Below, piece by piece: positions 48,108-56,842 of a DNA stretch of 64,000 nt. The notes under the pieces were generated by a model, which searched no databases, was not told where the DNA came from, and saw only the letters and a program-made list of their open reading frames with translations. The translations under genes were made by a program, and so were the position numbers. Location: the NCBI GenBank assembly GCA_035498835.1, contig DATJZU010000144.1, forward strand, positions 654 through 64,653, written 5' to 3'. How positions within the stretch are numbered: position 1 is the first letter of the stretch; each line of letters starts with the position of its first letter. The DNA comes from Thermoanaerobaculia bacterium (GTDB taxonomy: Bacteria; Acidobacteriota; Thermoanaerobaculia; UBA5066; Gp7-AA6).

Positions 48108-48342
48108 CGTTTCACCTTCCGGCCCGGCATGCGATCTCGAAATGATGTTCCGACATTCCGAGCGATCGATCGTGCACCGCCGGGCCCTCATCATGGCCGT
48201 CGGGTCGGCGCCGGGTCCAATCGTTTGTTTCGATCGAGTTCAGACTCGCGAGCGCTGGAGTCAGAACGCGTGTCGAGCCGTTCGCGGTGCATGCGACCAC
48301 TCCGGGCCGCCCCGTCGCCCGCGGTGGCTCGGACGCAAGCGC

Positions 48343-49428
48343 TCACGGGGCCGCATACGTTCCTCCGCCGGTCGCGCCGGCGATGGGAGTCCGCCTGGGT
48401 GCCGCGCCCTCGCCGCGCGGCCCCGCCGCCGCGAGTATCCGGAGACGTGTCTTTTCGATCACGGATTCGGGTGTCTGCACGAGATCACGGGCGAGTCCGA
48501 CGAGACTAAGGAGAGCGATGAGCCACTTTGTGGGATCCCACTGATACCAGCGCACGCCGTTGCGAAAGTCCGACGGGAACTTGTGATGAAAATTGTGGTA
48601 CCCCTCGCCGTTCGTCACGAAAGAGAGAAGCGCGTTGTCGCGCCCGGAGTTCCCCCGCGTGTAGGGCTGACTTCCGTACAGATGCGCCACGGAGTTGACC
48701 AGGAAGGTCGTGTGGTGAATGAGCGCGATCCGGAGAAAACCGCCCCAGAGCAGCCCGCCGAGCGGACGGCCGAAGAAAGCGCCGATCAGGGTCGGAATCC
48801 CGAGACCTCCGAGAACGCCGATGAGACCGTTGAAACGGAATTGCCAGCGGACCAGGCGGTTCGCCTGGAGATCCGGGACATTGTCGTAGGTGCGCTCGGG
48901 CGGCTCCGTATAGAAGAGCCAGAGGATGTGCGCCCAGAGCCCGCCCCGCTGGATGCTGTACGGGTCCCAGTGCCGATCCACGTAGCGGTGATGGTCCCGG
49001 TGGTCCGAGGACCACTTCAGGGCCGAATTCTGAAGCGCCATCGACCCGAAGAAGAGATAGAAGGCCTGGACGGCCGGGTGACAGACGTAAGCCTTGTGCG
49101 AGAAGCAGCGATGGTAGCCCGCAGTCACGGAAAAGCTCACGAGGCCGAAGAGCAGGACGAAGAGAGCGGGCTCCCACCAGCGGATACCGAAGGCGACCGC
49201 ATAGGCCGCAGTCCCCGCGACGCCGATCACTGGCGTCAGCGAGAGAAACAGGATGTTGAGCCAGCTCTTCTGCCTTTGCTGGACGGATCCAGAGGCGTCC
49301 GGAGGCTTCGCGACGACGGCCCTCCGAATCACGAGCCGCCCCCGGCCGTCTCGCGACGGCGCCTCGGAGACTGCTCCGAGTCGATTCTTTGGCCGATCTG
49401 CTCCATCGTCACATTGCGCCCCATCCAC
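48343..49428 (-). CDS. Membrane fatty-acid (acyl-CoA/acyl-lipid Delta9-type) desaturase
   Basis: Three histidine boxes are present (HRCFSH, HRDHHRY, HNFHH) with the appropriate TM topology. The start is uncertain (ATG 49428 or an internal start about 30 codons later). Confidence 0.85.
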   Translation of the reverse strand: MDGAQCDDGADRPKNRLGAVSEAPSRDGRGRLVIRRAVVAKPPDASGSVQQRQKSWLNILFLSLTPVIGVAGTAAYAVAFGIRWWEPALFVLLFGLVSFSVTAGYHRCFSHKAYVCHPAVQAFYLFFGSMALQNSALKWSSDHRDHHRYVDRHWDPYSIQRGGLWAHILWLFYTEPPERTYDNVPDLQANRLVRWQFRFNGLIGVLGGLGIPTLIGAFFGRPLGGLLWGGFLRIALIHHTTFLVNSVAHLYGSQPYTRGNSGRDNALLSFVTNGEGYHNFHHKFPSDFRNGVRWYQWDPTKWLIALLSLVGLARDLVQTPESVIEKTRLRILAAAGPRGEGAAPRRTPIAGATGGGTYAAP

Positions 49429-49656
49429 ATCTGTCGATGATGCGGCCCCAGCGCGGGCAAATCCAATCGTTTGTTGCGTCGGCGTTGAGAGCCTCTTGTT
49501 CCTCTGCTGGCCGCTGGCGCTGCTCGCGCTCGTGCTCTACCCGTTCGTCTGGCTCTTCCTGCTGCCTTTTCGCCTGCTGGGAATCGCGGTCGAGGGCGTT
49601 TTCGGGCTGCTCCGGGCCCTGATCCTGTTGCCCGCCAGGGCGCTCGGGTCGAGACC

Positions 49657-49860
49657 CTAGCGTTCGCGCCCCGCCCCTGAGCCGCCTTCCTGCCGGCCCA
49701 CGCCAGAGCCGCCGTGCTTGTCCGGAGTGGATCCCTTCGGTCCACTGGCGCCGTCGCGGGATCCCGATTTCCCGGGGCCCTCGTGCCTGATGCGATCGTG
49801 CGGACCTTTTCCATCCCGGTTCCGGCTCTTCGAGCCTCCGCTGCTTGGACTTCTGGTCAT
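49657..49860 (-). CDS. Small hydrophilic Gly-rich protein, second KGG/YciG-like stress-protein candidate
   Basis: MTRSPSSGGSKSRNRDGKGPHDRIRHEGPGKSGSRDGASGPKGSTPDKHGGSGVGRQEGGSGAGRER. SD GAAGGGAG 5 nt upstream. It lies 30 nt downstream of the gene at 49891..50280. Confidence 0.4.
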   Translation of the reverse strand: MTRSPSSGGSKSRNRDGKGPHDRIRHEGPGKSGSRDGASGPKGSTPDKHGGSGVGRQEGGSGAGRER

Positions 49861-49890
49861 CACGCTCCCTTCAATGGATGATCCTTCATG

Positions 49891-50280
49891 TCACTGGGGC
49901 TCTTCCCGCAGAAACTGCTGTCGAGCTCTCGCCGCAATCTGGGGATCGGTCATCTTGTCGGCCGTCACGACCGCAACGATGCGGCCGGCGAGCCCTTCTT
50001 CGCCAAGCCGCTTTTCGAGCTGGTGCTTTGCTTCGCCCGGTCCGAGGATGAGGATCGCTTCGGCATCGCGGAGGCGGGAGATGACGGCGTCGAAGTACTT
50101 GCGCAGGTGCTCTGCATATCGTCTCTCGTATTGATCCTCCGCGCCATGCTCCTTCCTTATCGAGAACCGCGTGTGCTTCTCGACGTTCGACTCGAGCCGG
50201 CTCGTCACCTCGCCTTCACCGGTGAGCGTCGCGAACACGGCCTCTCGATGGTCGATCCATACCGTCACGTCCCGTCTCAT
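49891..50280 (-). CDS. Hypothetical cytoplasmic protein
   Basis: 129 aa from the ATG with SD CCAGGAGG: MRRDVTVWIDHREAVFATLTGEGEVTSRLES...ILGPGEAKHQLEKRL...VTADKMTDPQI... No confident family assignment. Confidence 0.5.
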   Translation of the reverse strand: MRRDVTVWIDHREAVFATLTGEGEVTSRLESNVEKHTRFSIRKEHGAEDQYERRYAEHLRKYFDAVISRLRDAEAILILGPGEAKHQLEKRLGEEGLAGRIVAVVTADKMTDPQIAARARQQFLREEPQ

Positions 50281-50596
50281 CGAATCCTCCTGGCCCGGCA
50301 CCGGCCCCGCACGAAAGCAGCGTGCGCGCCCGAACGGCGATCTGCGAATCTCACGAAACCCGTTTCTCGGGCGGCCGTGCCGCCTTGTTCTCGTGGTCTC
50401 TGCGCATCGTCCCAGAGCCTAGCACCCGGTTCACACAGAGCGGACGGGGCATCGGCCGCGTGAGCATCGTGAATGACCGGCGCAGTCTCAGGCGCGATGC
50501 CGGCGCTTCGGCTCTGAGCCGCGGCGATCGGGAGTCGATCGTCCCGGCCGAAAGAAGCGAATGCGCGGGAGTATTCTGACGACAAATGGAGGTCGC

Positions 50597-50959
50597 ATGA
50601 CGACTCGACGCGCGTTGATCCTCGCCGTCCTGGCTTCGCTCTCGACCGCGCTCGCCCCGGCAGCCGCCGAGAAGACCGGCGTGCTCGAGGTGACCTACTA
50701 CTACCTGCCCGGCTGACCGATCTGCGCAAAGATCAAGCCCGCCGTGAGCGGGCTCGGGGAGGAGTACAAGGGGAAAGCCCGGGGCGAGAACCTCGACGCC
50801 ACGACGCCCGAGAACCGGAAGGTCGTGAAGTCGCTCGGCTTCGACAATCACGGTCTCGTCATCCGATCGGCGGATGGCAAGGTCCTCTGGAAGGAGCCCG
50901 ACCACGAGGTGAAGATGGAGGACGTGCGCCGGGAGCTCGACAAGCTGCTCGGTAAGTAG
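50597..50959 (+). CDS. Exported thioredoxin-fold protein with in-frame TGA (candidate selenocysteine) in a UxxC redox motif
   Basis: SD GGAGG 5 nt before ATG 50597. Signal peptide MTTRRALILAVLASLSTALAPAAA. The translation then reads EKTGVLEVTYYYLPG-[TGA 50714..50716]-PICAKIKPAVSGLGEEYKGKARGENLDATTPENRKVVKSLGFDNHGLVIRSADGKVLWKEPDHEVKMEDVRRELDKLLGK. High GC3 is maintained on both sides of the TGA in the same frame. The TGA sits exactly where thioredoxins have the first Cys of CGPC (…U-P-I-C-A-K-I-x-P). Confidence 0.55.
50736..50754 (+). promoter_or_regulatory. Stem-loop AGCCCGC-CGUGA-GCGGGCU 20 nt downstream of the in-frame UGA; candidate bacterial SECIS element
   Basis: 7-bp GC stem with a 5-nt apical loop containing GU, spanning +20 to +38 from the UGA. 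This matches the expected position of a bacterial SECIS. Seen directly; function inferred. Confidence 0.4.
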
Positions 50960-50994
50960 CGCCGGGGCGCGGCCGCGGCGGGCTCGCGGCGAAC

Positions 50995-52656
50995 TCAGGT
51001 CAGAGCCAGATACTCGTGCGCGAGGCGCACGACCATGGAGCCTTCTCCGACGGCGGAGGCCACGCGGTTCATCGCTCCCGCGCGCACGTCGCCCGCAGCG
51101 AACACCCCCGCCACGCTCGTCTCGAGGGGAAACGGCTCCCGCTGTTCTTTCCAGGTTTTCGGATAGGCCTCGGCCGCCATCAGATCGCGGCCCGTGAGAA
51201 CGAAGCCTTTCGCGTCGCGCAGGACGCCGGCCGGCAGCCAGTCGCTTCGCGGCCGCGTCCCGATGAAAACGAAAACGGCGTCGGCTTCTTCGGTTCGACA
51301 CGAGCCGTCGTCGAGCGAACGCAGAGTCACCCGTTCCACGTGACCGGCGCCTTCGACGCCGGCGATCTCCGTCCGGGCGCGCAGATGGATGTTCCAGGTC
51401 TTCTCGATCTGCTCGATCAGGTACTGCGACATCGTCTCCTGCAGGCCTTCGCGGCGCACGACGATCTGCACATCCTCCGCATACCGCGCCAGGTGCATGG
51501 CTCCCTGGCCGGCGGAGTTGCCGCCGCCCACGACGAAGACTCGCCGGCCGCGGAACGCCGGCGCTTCTGTGGTCGCGGCGCCGTAATAGACGCCGGCGCC
51601 CGCGTGCTCCGCGACTCCGGGAGCCGGATGCTCCCGGTAGAACATGCCCGTGGCGGCCAGCATGGCTCGCGTGACGAGCTCGCGGCCGTCCGACAGCGCG
51701 AGACGCTTGTATCCGCCGCCGATCGAGACGCCCGTCACCTCGAGCGGCGCGAGGAACTCGGCGCCGAGGCGCTGCGCCTGCATGATGGCGCGGCGCGTCA
51801 GCTCGCTGCCGCTGACACCGGCGGGGAACCCGAGGTAGTTTTCGATGCGGGAGCTCGTCCCCGCCTGTCCGCCCGGGGAGTGGCGGTCGAGCAGGATCGT
51901 CCGCAGGCCTTCGGAGGCGCCGTACACCGCCGCCGCGAGCCCGGCGGGACCCGCCCCGACGACCACGAGGTCATAGACCTCGAAGGCGGCCGACAGCGGC
52001 CGGCCGAGACGTTCGGCCACCTGGCGCGGCTCCGGGTTCGTCAGGACGCTCCCGTCCTCGAAGAAGAGGGCCGGGAGCGCGTCGGTGCCGATGCCCGCGG
52101 CCTCGAGAAGCGTCCGCGCGTCCGCCTCGCGCTCGACGTCCAGCCAGCGGTACGGAACGAGGTTGCTCGCGAGAAAGTCCTTGATCTCGTGGGATCGCGT
52201 GGCCCACTGATGCCCGATCAGCCGCAGGCCGCACGCTTCCGGCAGCGACTCCGCCTGCCAGGCGTCGAGCAGGTCGTCGACGACCGGATAGAGCCGTTCC
52301 TCGGGCGGATCCCAGGGCTTCGAGAGGTAATGATCGAGGTGCGCTTCGTTGATCGCGCGGATCGCCGCTTCGATGTCCGAATATGCCGTCAGCAGGACAC
52401 GCCGCGCGAGAGGGTACAGCTCGCGGGAGCGGGCGAGCACTTCCCCGCCGAGCATCCCGGGCATGCGCTGGTCGCTGATCACCATCGCCAGCGAATCGCC
52501 GCGGCTCTTCAGATCGCGCGCCGTCTCGAGCGCCTCCGATCCCGAGCCGGCGCTCACGACCATGTACTGGTCCCTGTACCGGGAGCGGAGGTCTCGCCGC
52601 ACCGCCGCGAGGACCTGCGGATCGTCATCCACGACGAGGAGAACGGGTTTGCTCAC
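50995..52656 (-). CDS. Response-regulator receiver domain fused to a thioredoxin-disulfide reductase-like FAD/NAD(P) oxidoreductase
   Basis: GTG 52656 overlaps the upstream kinase stop (GTGA). REC domain: VLLVVDDDPQV...ISDQRMPGM...YLSKP. The C-terminal 320 aa are TrxB-like (DLVVVGAGPAGLAAAVY, FVVGGGNSAGQ, GVFAAGDV). The redox-active CxxC of TrxB is not obvious at the usual place. Confidence 0.75.
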   Translation of the reverse strand: MSKPVLLVVDDDPQVLAAVRRDLRSRYRDQYMVVSAGSGSEALETARDLKSRGDSLAMVISDQRMPGMLGGEVLARSRELYPLARRVLLTAYSDIEAAIRAINEAHLDHYLSKPWDPPEERLYPVVDDLLDAWQAESLPEACGLRLIGHQWATRSHEIKDFLASNLVPYRWLDVEREADARTLLEAAGIGTDALPALFFEDGSVLTNPEPRQVAERLGRPLSAAFEVYDLVVVGAGPAGLAAAVYGASEGLRTILLDRHSPGGQAGTSSRIENYLGFPAGVSGSELTRRAIMQAQRLGAEFLAPLEVTGVSIGGGYKRLALSDGRELVTRAMLAATGMFYREHPAPGVAEHAGAGVYYGAATTEAPAFRGRRVFVVGGGNSAGQGAMHLARYAEDVQIVVRREGLQETMSQYLIEQIEKTWNIHLRARTEIAGVEGAGHVERVTLRSLDDGSCRTEEADAVFVFIGTRPRSDWLPAGVLRDAKGFVLTGRDLMAAEAYPKTWKEQREPFPLETSVAGVFAAGDVRAGAMNRVASAVGEGSMVVRLAHEYLALT

Positions 52657-54068
52657 GCCCGGCCTTCGGCGCCCTCGATCTCGGCAAGCGGCAGCGTGAC
52701 CTGAAACTCCGTCCGGCCCGGCCGCGACTCGACCGCGATCTCCCCCTCGTTGTGCTGGACGAGCCGGCGGACGATGTCGAGGCCCAGGCCCGTCCCCTGC
52801 CCGGCGGCCTTCGTCGTGAAAAAGGGATCGAAGATCCGGTCGCGGATCTCGGCCGGGATGCCGGGGCCGTTGTCGGCGATCCGCACGACGACGCGCCGGG
52901 ACTCCCGACCGGCCTCGACCTCGACGCGACCCGATTCGGGGACGGCGTCGAGCGCGTTGTCGATCAGGTTGCCCCAGATCTGGTTCAGCTCGCCCACGAA
53001 CCCGCGGACGCGAGGCAAGCCAGGGTCGACTTTCACGGACACGGCGACCGACTTCCCGCGCGCCTTCGACTTGAGAACCGCGACCGTGTTCGCGAGGCTC
53101 TTGGCGAGATCCACCGGCTCGGCGACGGTTGCCTGGTCCATGTGCGTGAAACCCTTGACCGCCAGGACCAGCCCCGCGATCCGGGTCGCGGCCTCCTGGA
53201 TCTCCGAGGCGAGCCGGCGGAGAGAACAGCCCGCGGCGGCCCAGCGCAACGCGGCATTGAGCGCGGGCCCCTGGACGGCGCCGGAGAGCCGATCGAGCGC
53301 TTCGGTCGTCACGGCGGTTTCGGCCAGGGCTTCGGCGGCGGCCGTATCGAGGCCGCGGCCGGCGAGCCAGCCGGTGATGGCCTCTTCGCGTTCGGCGTGC
53401 TCGATCGGCGACCGGACCCCCTGCTCGGGCGCGGCGGCGCACGCGTTGCGCACGCCGTCGATGGCGTCGAACTGCGAGACGGTGAGACCCGCCGTGGCGA
53501 GAGCGCGCGCCGCCTGCTCGGCGTCCTCGAGCCGGTTCGCGAAAAGCGCCGCGCTTCGTTCGATCGCGGACGCGGGGTTGTTCAGCTCGTGGGCGAGCCC
53601 CGCCGAGAGACGCCCGAGCGAGATCATCTTCTCGTCGTGCAGCTCGTTCGACGTGAATTCCCGCGCTCGATCGATCATCCGATGGACGAGGATCGACGTG
53701 AGCTCGTGGCACTCTCTGGCGAGGGCGTTCATGTGCTCGCGGGGCACGACGAGGACCTCCGAGGGCTCCTGGACGAGCGACCGGCCCGGCGCCGCGACGA
53801 GGCGGGAGTACGGAAGCAAGCCCGTCACGTCGCCATCCCGCCACTCCGCCAGCTTGTGAGGGCCCGAGCCGCGATCGATGAAGATGGCGATCCGGCCCGA
53901 GAGAACGACGAACAGACCTTCCACCGGCGCGCCCCGCGTCGAGAGCGTGTCGCCCACCTCCAGGCGCCGGAGGGTCCCGTGCGCCGCCAGCCACTCGAGC
54001 TCCTGGCGAGGCGCGGCTCCGATCGTCTTGTGGTTCGCGAGCCGATCGACGAGCTCGGTCGACGTCAT
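52653..54068 (-). CDS. Histidine kinase with N-terminal cyclic-nucleotide-binding (cNMP/CAP-effector) domain
   Basis: cNMP-binding beta-roll (LEVGDTLSTRGAPVEGLFVVLSGRIAIF...GDVTGLL), then H-box LSAGLAHELNNPASAI, N box WGNLIDNALDA and G boxes (DNGPGIP, GTGLGLDIV). Cytoplasmic, with no TM segment. Confidence 0.8.
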   Translation of the reverse strand: MTSTELVDRLANHKTIGAAPRQELEWLAAHGTLRRLEVGDTLSTRGAPVEGLFVVLSGRIAIFIDRGSGPHKLAEWRDGDVTGLLPYSRLVAAPGRSLVQEPSEVLVVPREHMNALARECHELTSILVHRMIDRAREFTSNELHDEKMISLGRLSAGLAHELNNPASAIERSAALFANRLEDAEQAARALATAGLTVSQFDAIDGVRNACAAAPEQGVRSPIEHAEREEAITGWLAGRGLDTAAAEALAETAVTTEALDRLSGAVQGPALNAALRWAAAGCSLRRLASEIQEAATRIAGLVLAVKGFTHMDQATVAEPVDLAKSLANTVAVLKSKARGKSVAVSVKVDPGLPRVRGFVGELNQIWGNLIDNALDAVPESGRVEVEAGRESRRVVVRIADNGPGIPAEIRDRIFDPFFTTKAAGQGTGLGLDIVRRLVQHNEGEIAVESRPGRTEFQVTLPLAEIEGAEGRA

Positions 54069-54386
54069 GGGACTGACACCAGGGGCCGAATCCTACATCC
54101 GGCGTTCCAAGGAAGAAGCGCCGCACGGTACGGCTCGCGGCCGGGCCGTGTCGGGTGCGCCCGAACGGCCGCTCGCCTGGTCTCGTATCTGACGAACCCG
54201 GATGCGACTCACGCTCTCCCTTGCGCCCTCGAGGTCAAATCATCGGCCAGTCGAGTCTCGATGGCGCGCCTGCTTTCTGGTCGAGGCCGGCGATAAAGCG
54301 CCCGTCCGTTCGACGACAGCCTCGAACCCCGGTTGCGGGGCGAGGGATTGGCGGCGGCGCGGACGGCGGCCGTGCCCGCTCGGGTA

Positions 54387-54438
54387 TTGACAAGAGGCGA
54401 ATGTTGCATAAATATGCCTCCCTGTGAATGATAATTCT
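54387..54438 (+). promoter_or_regulatory. argR/arg-operon promoter: -35 TTGACA (54387..54392), -10-like TAAATA (~54409..54414), and tandem ARG boxes tTGCATAAATATGCc and TGAATGATAATTCt
   Basis: Read from the sequence. The TGAAT-N4-ATTC box (54425..54437) matches the ArgR/AhrC operator consensus. A second related box overlaps the -10, 21 bp upstream. The argR ATG follows at 54448. Confidence 0.45.
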
Positions 54439-54447
54439 GGAAGCGCA

Positions 54448-54972
54448 ATGCGGCGCCGCGAGGCCATTCGGCGTCTCGTCGTGGAGCGGACGGTGCGCTC
54501 TCAGAAGGAGCTCGCCCGGCTGCTGAGGGCCCGCGGCGTGGCGGCGGCGCAGCCGACGCTGTCCCGCGACATCCGGGAGCTCGGCCTCGTCAAGGGGCCC
54601 GCAGGCTACTCGGCTCCGGAGGCCGGCTTGCCGACGACGCTCCTGGCCGCCTCGGCCTCCATCGCGCATCGCCGACTTCAGACCTTCGAGCGCCTCGTCA
54701 ACGACTTCGTGCTCTCCGTCGAAGCGGCGGGCACGCTCGTCGTGCTCCGGACGCCCCCCGCCGACGCCCAGCCCGTAGCCCTGGCGATCGACGCGGCCGC
54801 CCTCGACGGCGTCATCGGAACCATCGCCGGCGACGACACGATCTTCCTCGCCGCCCGCTCCGCGGAACAGGCCGAGGACCTCGCCCTCCGGTTTCGCAAG
54901 GCGATCGGAGCGCGGCCGGCCGAGGGGCCCACGCGCTTCCCCCGCCGCCGCAAGCCGGGCCGGCGCGCCTAG
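54448..54972 (+). CDS. argR: Arginine repressor
   Basis: MRRREAIRRLVVERTVRSQKELARLLRARGVAAAQPTLSRDIRELGLVK (winged-helix) plus a C-terminal oligomerisation/arginine-binding domain (GTIAGDDTIFL). Confidence 0.8.
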   Translation: MRRREAIRRLVVERTVRSQKELARLLRARGVAAAQPTLSRDIRELGLVKGPAGYSAPEAGLPTTLLAASASIAHRRLQTFERLVNDFVLSVEAAGTLVVLRTPPADAQPVALAIDAAALDGVIGTIAGDDTIFLAARSAEQAEDLALRFRKAIGARPAEGPTRFPRRRKPGRRA

Positions 54973-55013
54973 CGCCGGCACCCTTCCTCGCGCTGCGGGA
55001 AAGCCATCGAGCC

Positions 55014-56060
55014 ATGTCGTCGAATTCGTGTCCAGCCGTTTCCGTGGTGGGCGCCACCGGCTACGCCGGATCGGAGCTCGTGGCCCTTCTCGCGCGGCAT
55101 CCCCACGCCGCCTTCGCCGAGCTCTATTCCGGGCCCGGAGGAACGACCGTGCCCTTCGCCGCGCTCCACCGAAGCCTCGCGAGGCGCGAGGGCCCCGCCG
55201 CCCGGCCCCTCGACGTGGACGCGCTGCTCGAAGCGGCGCCCGACGTCGTCTTCCTGGCGACACCCAACGAGGTCTCCGCCGAGCTCGTGCCCGAGCTGCT
55301 CGACCGGGAACCGGGCCTGCGTATCGTCGATCTCTCGGGGGCGTTCCGCCTTTCGAGCGCCGACGACTACCCGGCGTGGTACGGGTTTCGCCATCCCCGT
55401 CCGGCACTGCTCGACGAGGCGGTCTACGGCCTGACCGAATGGTGCGACGGCGAGGGCGATCTCTCGAGGGCGCGGCTCGTCGCCAACCCCGGCTGCTATC
55501 CGACCTCGGTCCTCCTCGGCCTGAAGCCGATCGTTCCGCTGCTCGACGCGGAGGCCCCGGTCGTGTGCGACTGCAAGAGCGGCGTCTCGGGCGCCGGCAA
55601 GAAGACCGAGCTCGCGTATTCCTTCGCGGAGCTCTCCGGCAATCTCCGGGCCTACGGCGCGGGCACGCATCGCCACGAGCCCGAGATGCGCCAGCAACTC
55701 GGCCTGGCCTCCGAGTCCCCGTTCGTGTTCGTGCCGCACCTGCTGCCGGCGGTGCGGGGCATTCTCTCGACCCTCCACGTCCGCCTTGCGCGGGCCGTCG
55801 CCGCGGAAGAGGTGGCGTCGGCCTATGCGGCCGCCTATGCGACGCACCCGCTCGTCGATGTCTACCCGGCCGGGGCGCTTCCCGACTTGAACGCCGTCGT
55901 CGGCACGCCCCGCGCGGCCATCGGCTTCTGCCTGCTGCCCGCTGGCCGCGGGGCGGTCGTGGTGTCGGTCCTCGACAACCTGCTCAAGGGCGCGGCCTCG
56001 CAGGCGATCCAGAACTACAACGTCATGCTCGGCCTCGACGAGGCCGCGGGGCTGATGTGA
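55014..56060 (+). CDS. argC: N-acetyl-gamma-glutamyl-phosphate reductase
   Basis: VSVVGATGYAGSEL... and the active-site NPGCYPTS are present. 348 aa. Confidence 0.9.
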   Translation: MSSNSCPAVSVVGATGYAGSELVALLARHPHAAFAELYSGPGGTTVPFAALHRSLARREGPAARPLDVDALLEAAPDVVFLATPNEVSAELVPELLDREPGLRIVDLSGAFRLSSADDYPAWYGFRHPRPALLDEAVYGLTEWCDGEGDLSRARLVANPGCYPTSVLLGLKPIVPLLDAEAPVVCDCKSGVSGAGKKTELAYSFAELSGNLRAYGAGTHRHEPEMRQQLGLASESPFVFVPHLLPAVRGILSTLHVRLARAVAAEEVASAYAAAYATHPLVDVYPAGALPDLNAVVGTPRAAIGFCLLPAGRGAVVVSVLDNLLKGAASQAIQNYNVMLGLDEAAGLM

Positions 56061-56842
56061 GCGCGGCGGTGCCTCTGGTCATCAAGCTCGGCGGCAGCCT
56101 GCTCGAGGACGAGGCGGCGCGGGCCGGGGTCGTCTCCGCGATCGCGGGGCGTTGGCTCGCCGGCGAACGCCCCGTCCTCGTGCACGGCGGCGGCAAACGG
56201 ATCGACGCCGCGCTTGCGGCGCGCGGGATCGCCCGGCGCGTTCACGAGGGCCTGCGCGTGACGGACCGGGAAACGCTCGAGGTCGTCGTCGCGGTGCTCG
56301 CCGACGTCAACGCGGGGCTCGTGCGCGAGCTGCGCGCGGGCGGCGCGGAGGCCTTCGGACTCTCCGAGGCCGAAGGCGGGCTGATCGAGGCCGATGATCA
56401 TCCTCCCGTCGGCGGCGTCGAGGTCGGCTTCGTCGGAAGAGTGACCGGCGTCGCGTCGGATCGACTCGTCGGGCTGCTCGAGCGAGACAGCCTGCCCGTC
56501 CTCGCGCCGCTCGCCCGGGGGCCGAACGGCGGCCCGCTCAACGTCAACGCCGACGCGGCGGCCGCCGCGATCGCGGCCGCTCTCGGCGCACGGCGCCTCC
56601 TCTTCCTGACCGACGTCGAAGGCGTCGCCGATGAGGCCGGGCGTTTTCTGGAGCTCCTCGATCCCGCCTCGGCGCAGCGGCTTCTCGAAAGCCCCGCCGT
56701 CTCCGGCGGGATGCGGCCGAAGCTCGCCGCCTGTCTCGCCGCTTCCGGCGCCGGCGTGCGCGAAGTCGTCATCGCGGGGCCGGCCCGGCGCGACGACGCG
56801 CTGGCCGGCGGCCGCGGAGGAACCTGCCTTGTCGCCGCTTGA
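56057..56842 (+). CDS. argB: Acetylglutamate kinase
   Basis: GTG overlaps the argC stop. The translation shows LVIKLGGSLLEDE...VLVHGGG... (amino-acid kinase family). Confidence 0.85.
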   Translation: MSAAVPLVIKLGGSLLEDEAARAGVVSAIAGRWLAGERPVLVHGGGKRIDAALAARGIARRVHEGLRVTDRETLEVVVAVLADVNAGLVRELRAGGAEAFGLSEAEGGLIEADDHPPVGGVEVGFVGRVTGVASDRLVGLLERDSLPVLAPLARGPNGGPLNVNADAAAAAIAAALGARRLLFLTDVEGVADEAGRFLELLDPASAQRLLESPAVSGGMRPKLAACLAASGAGVREVVIAGPARRDDALAGGRGGTCLVAA

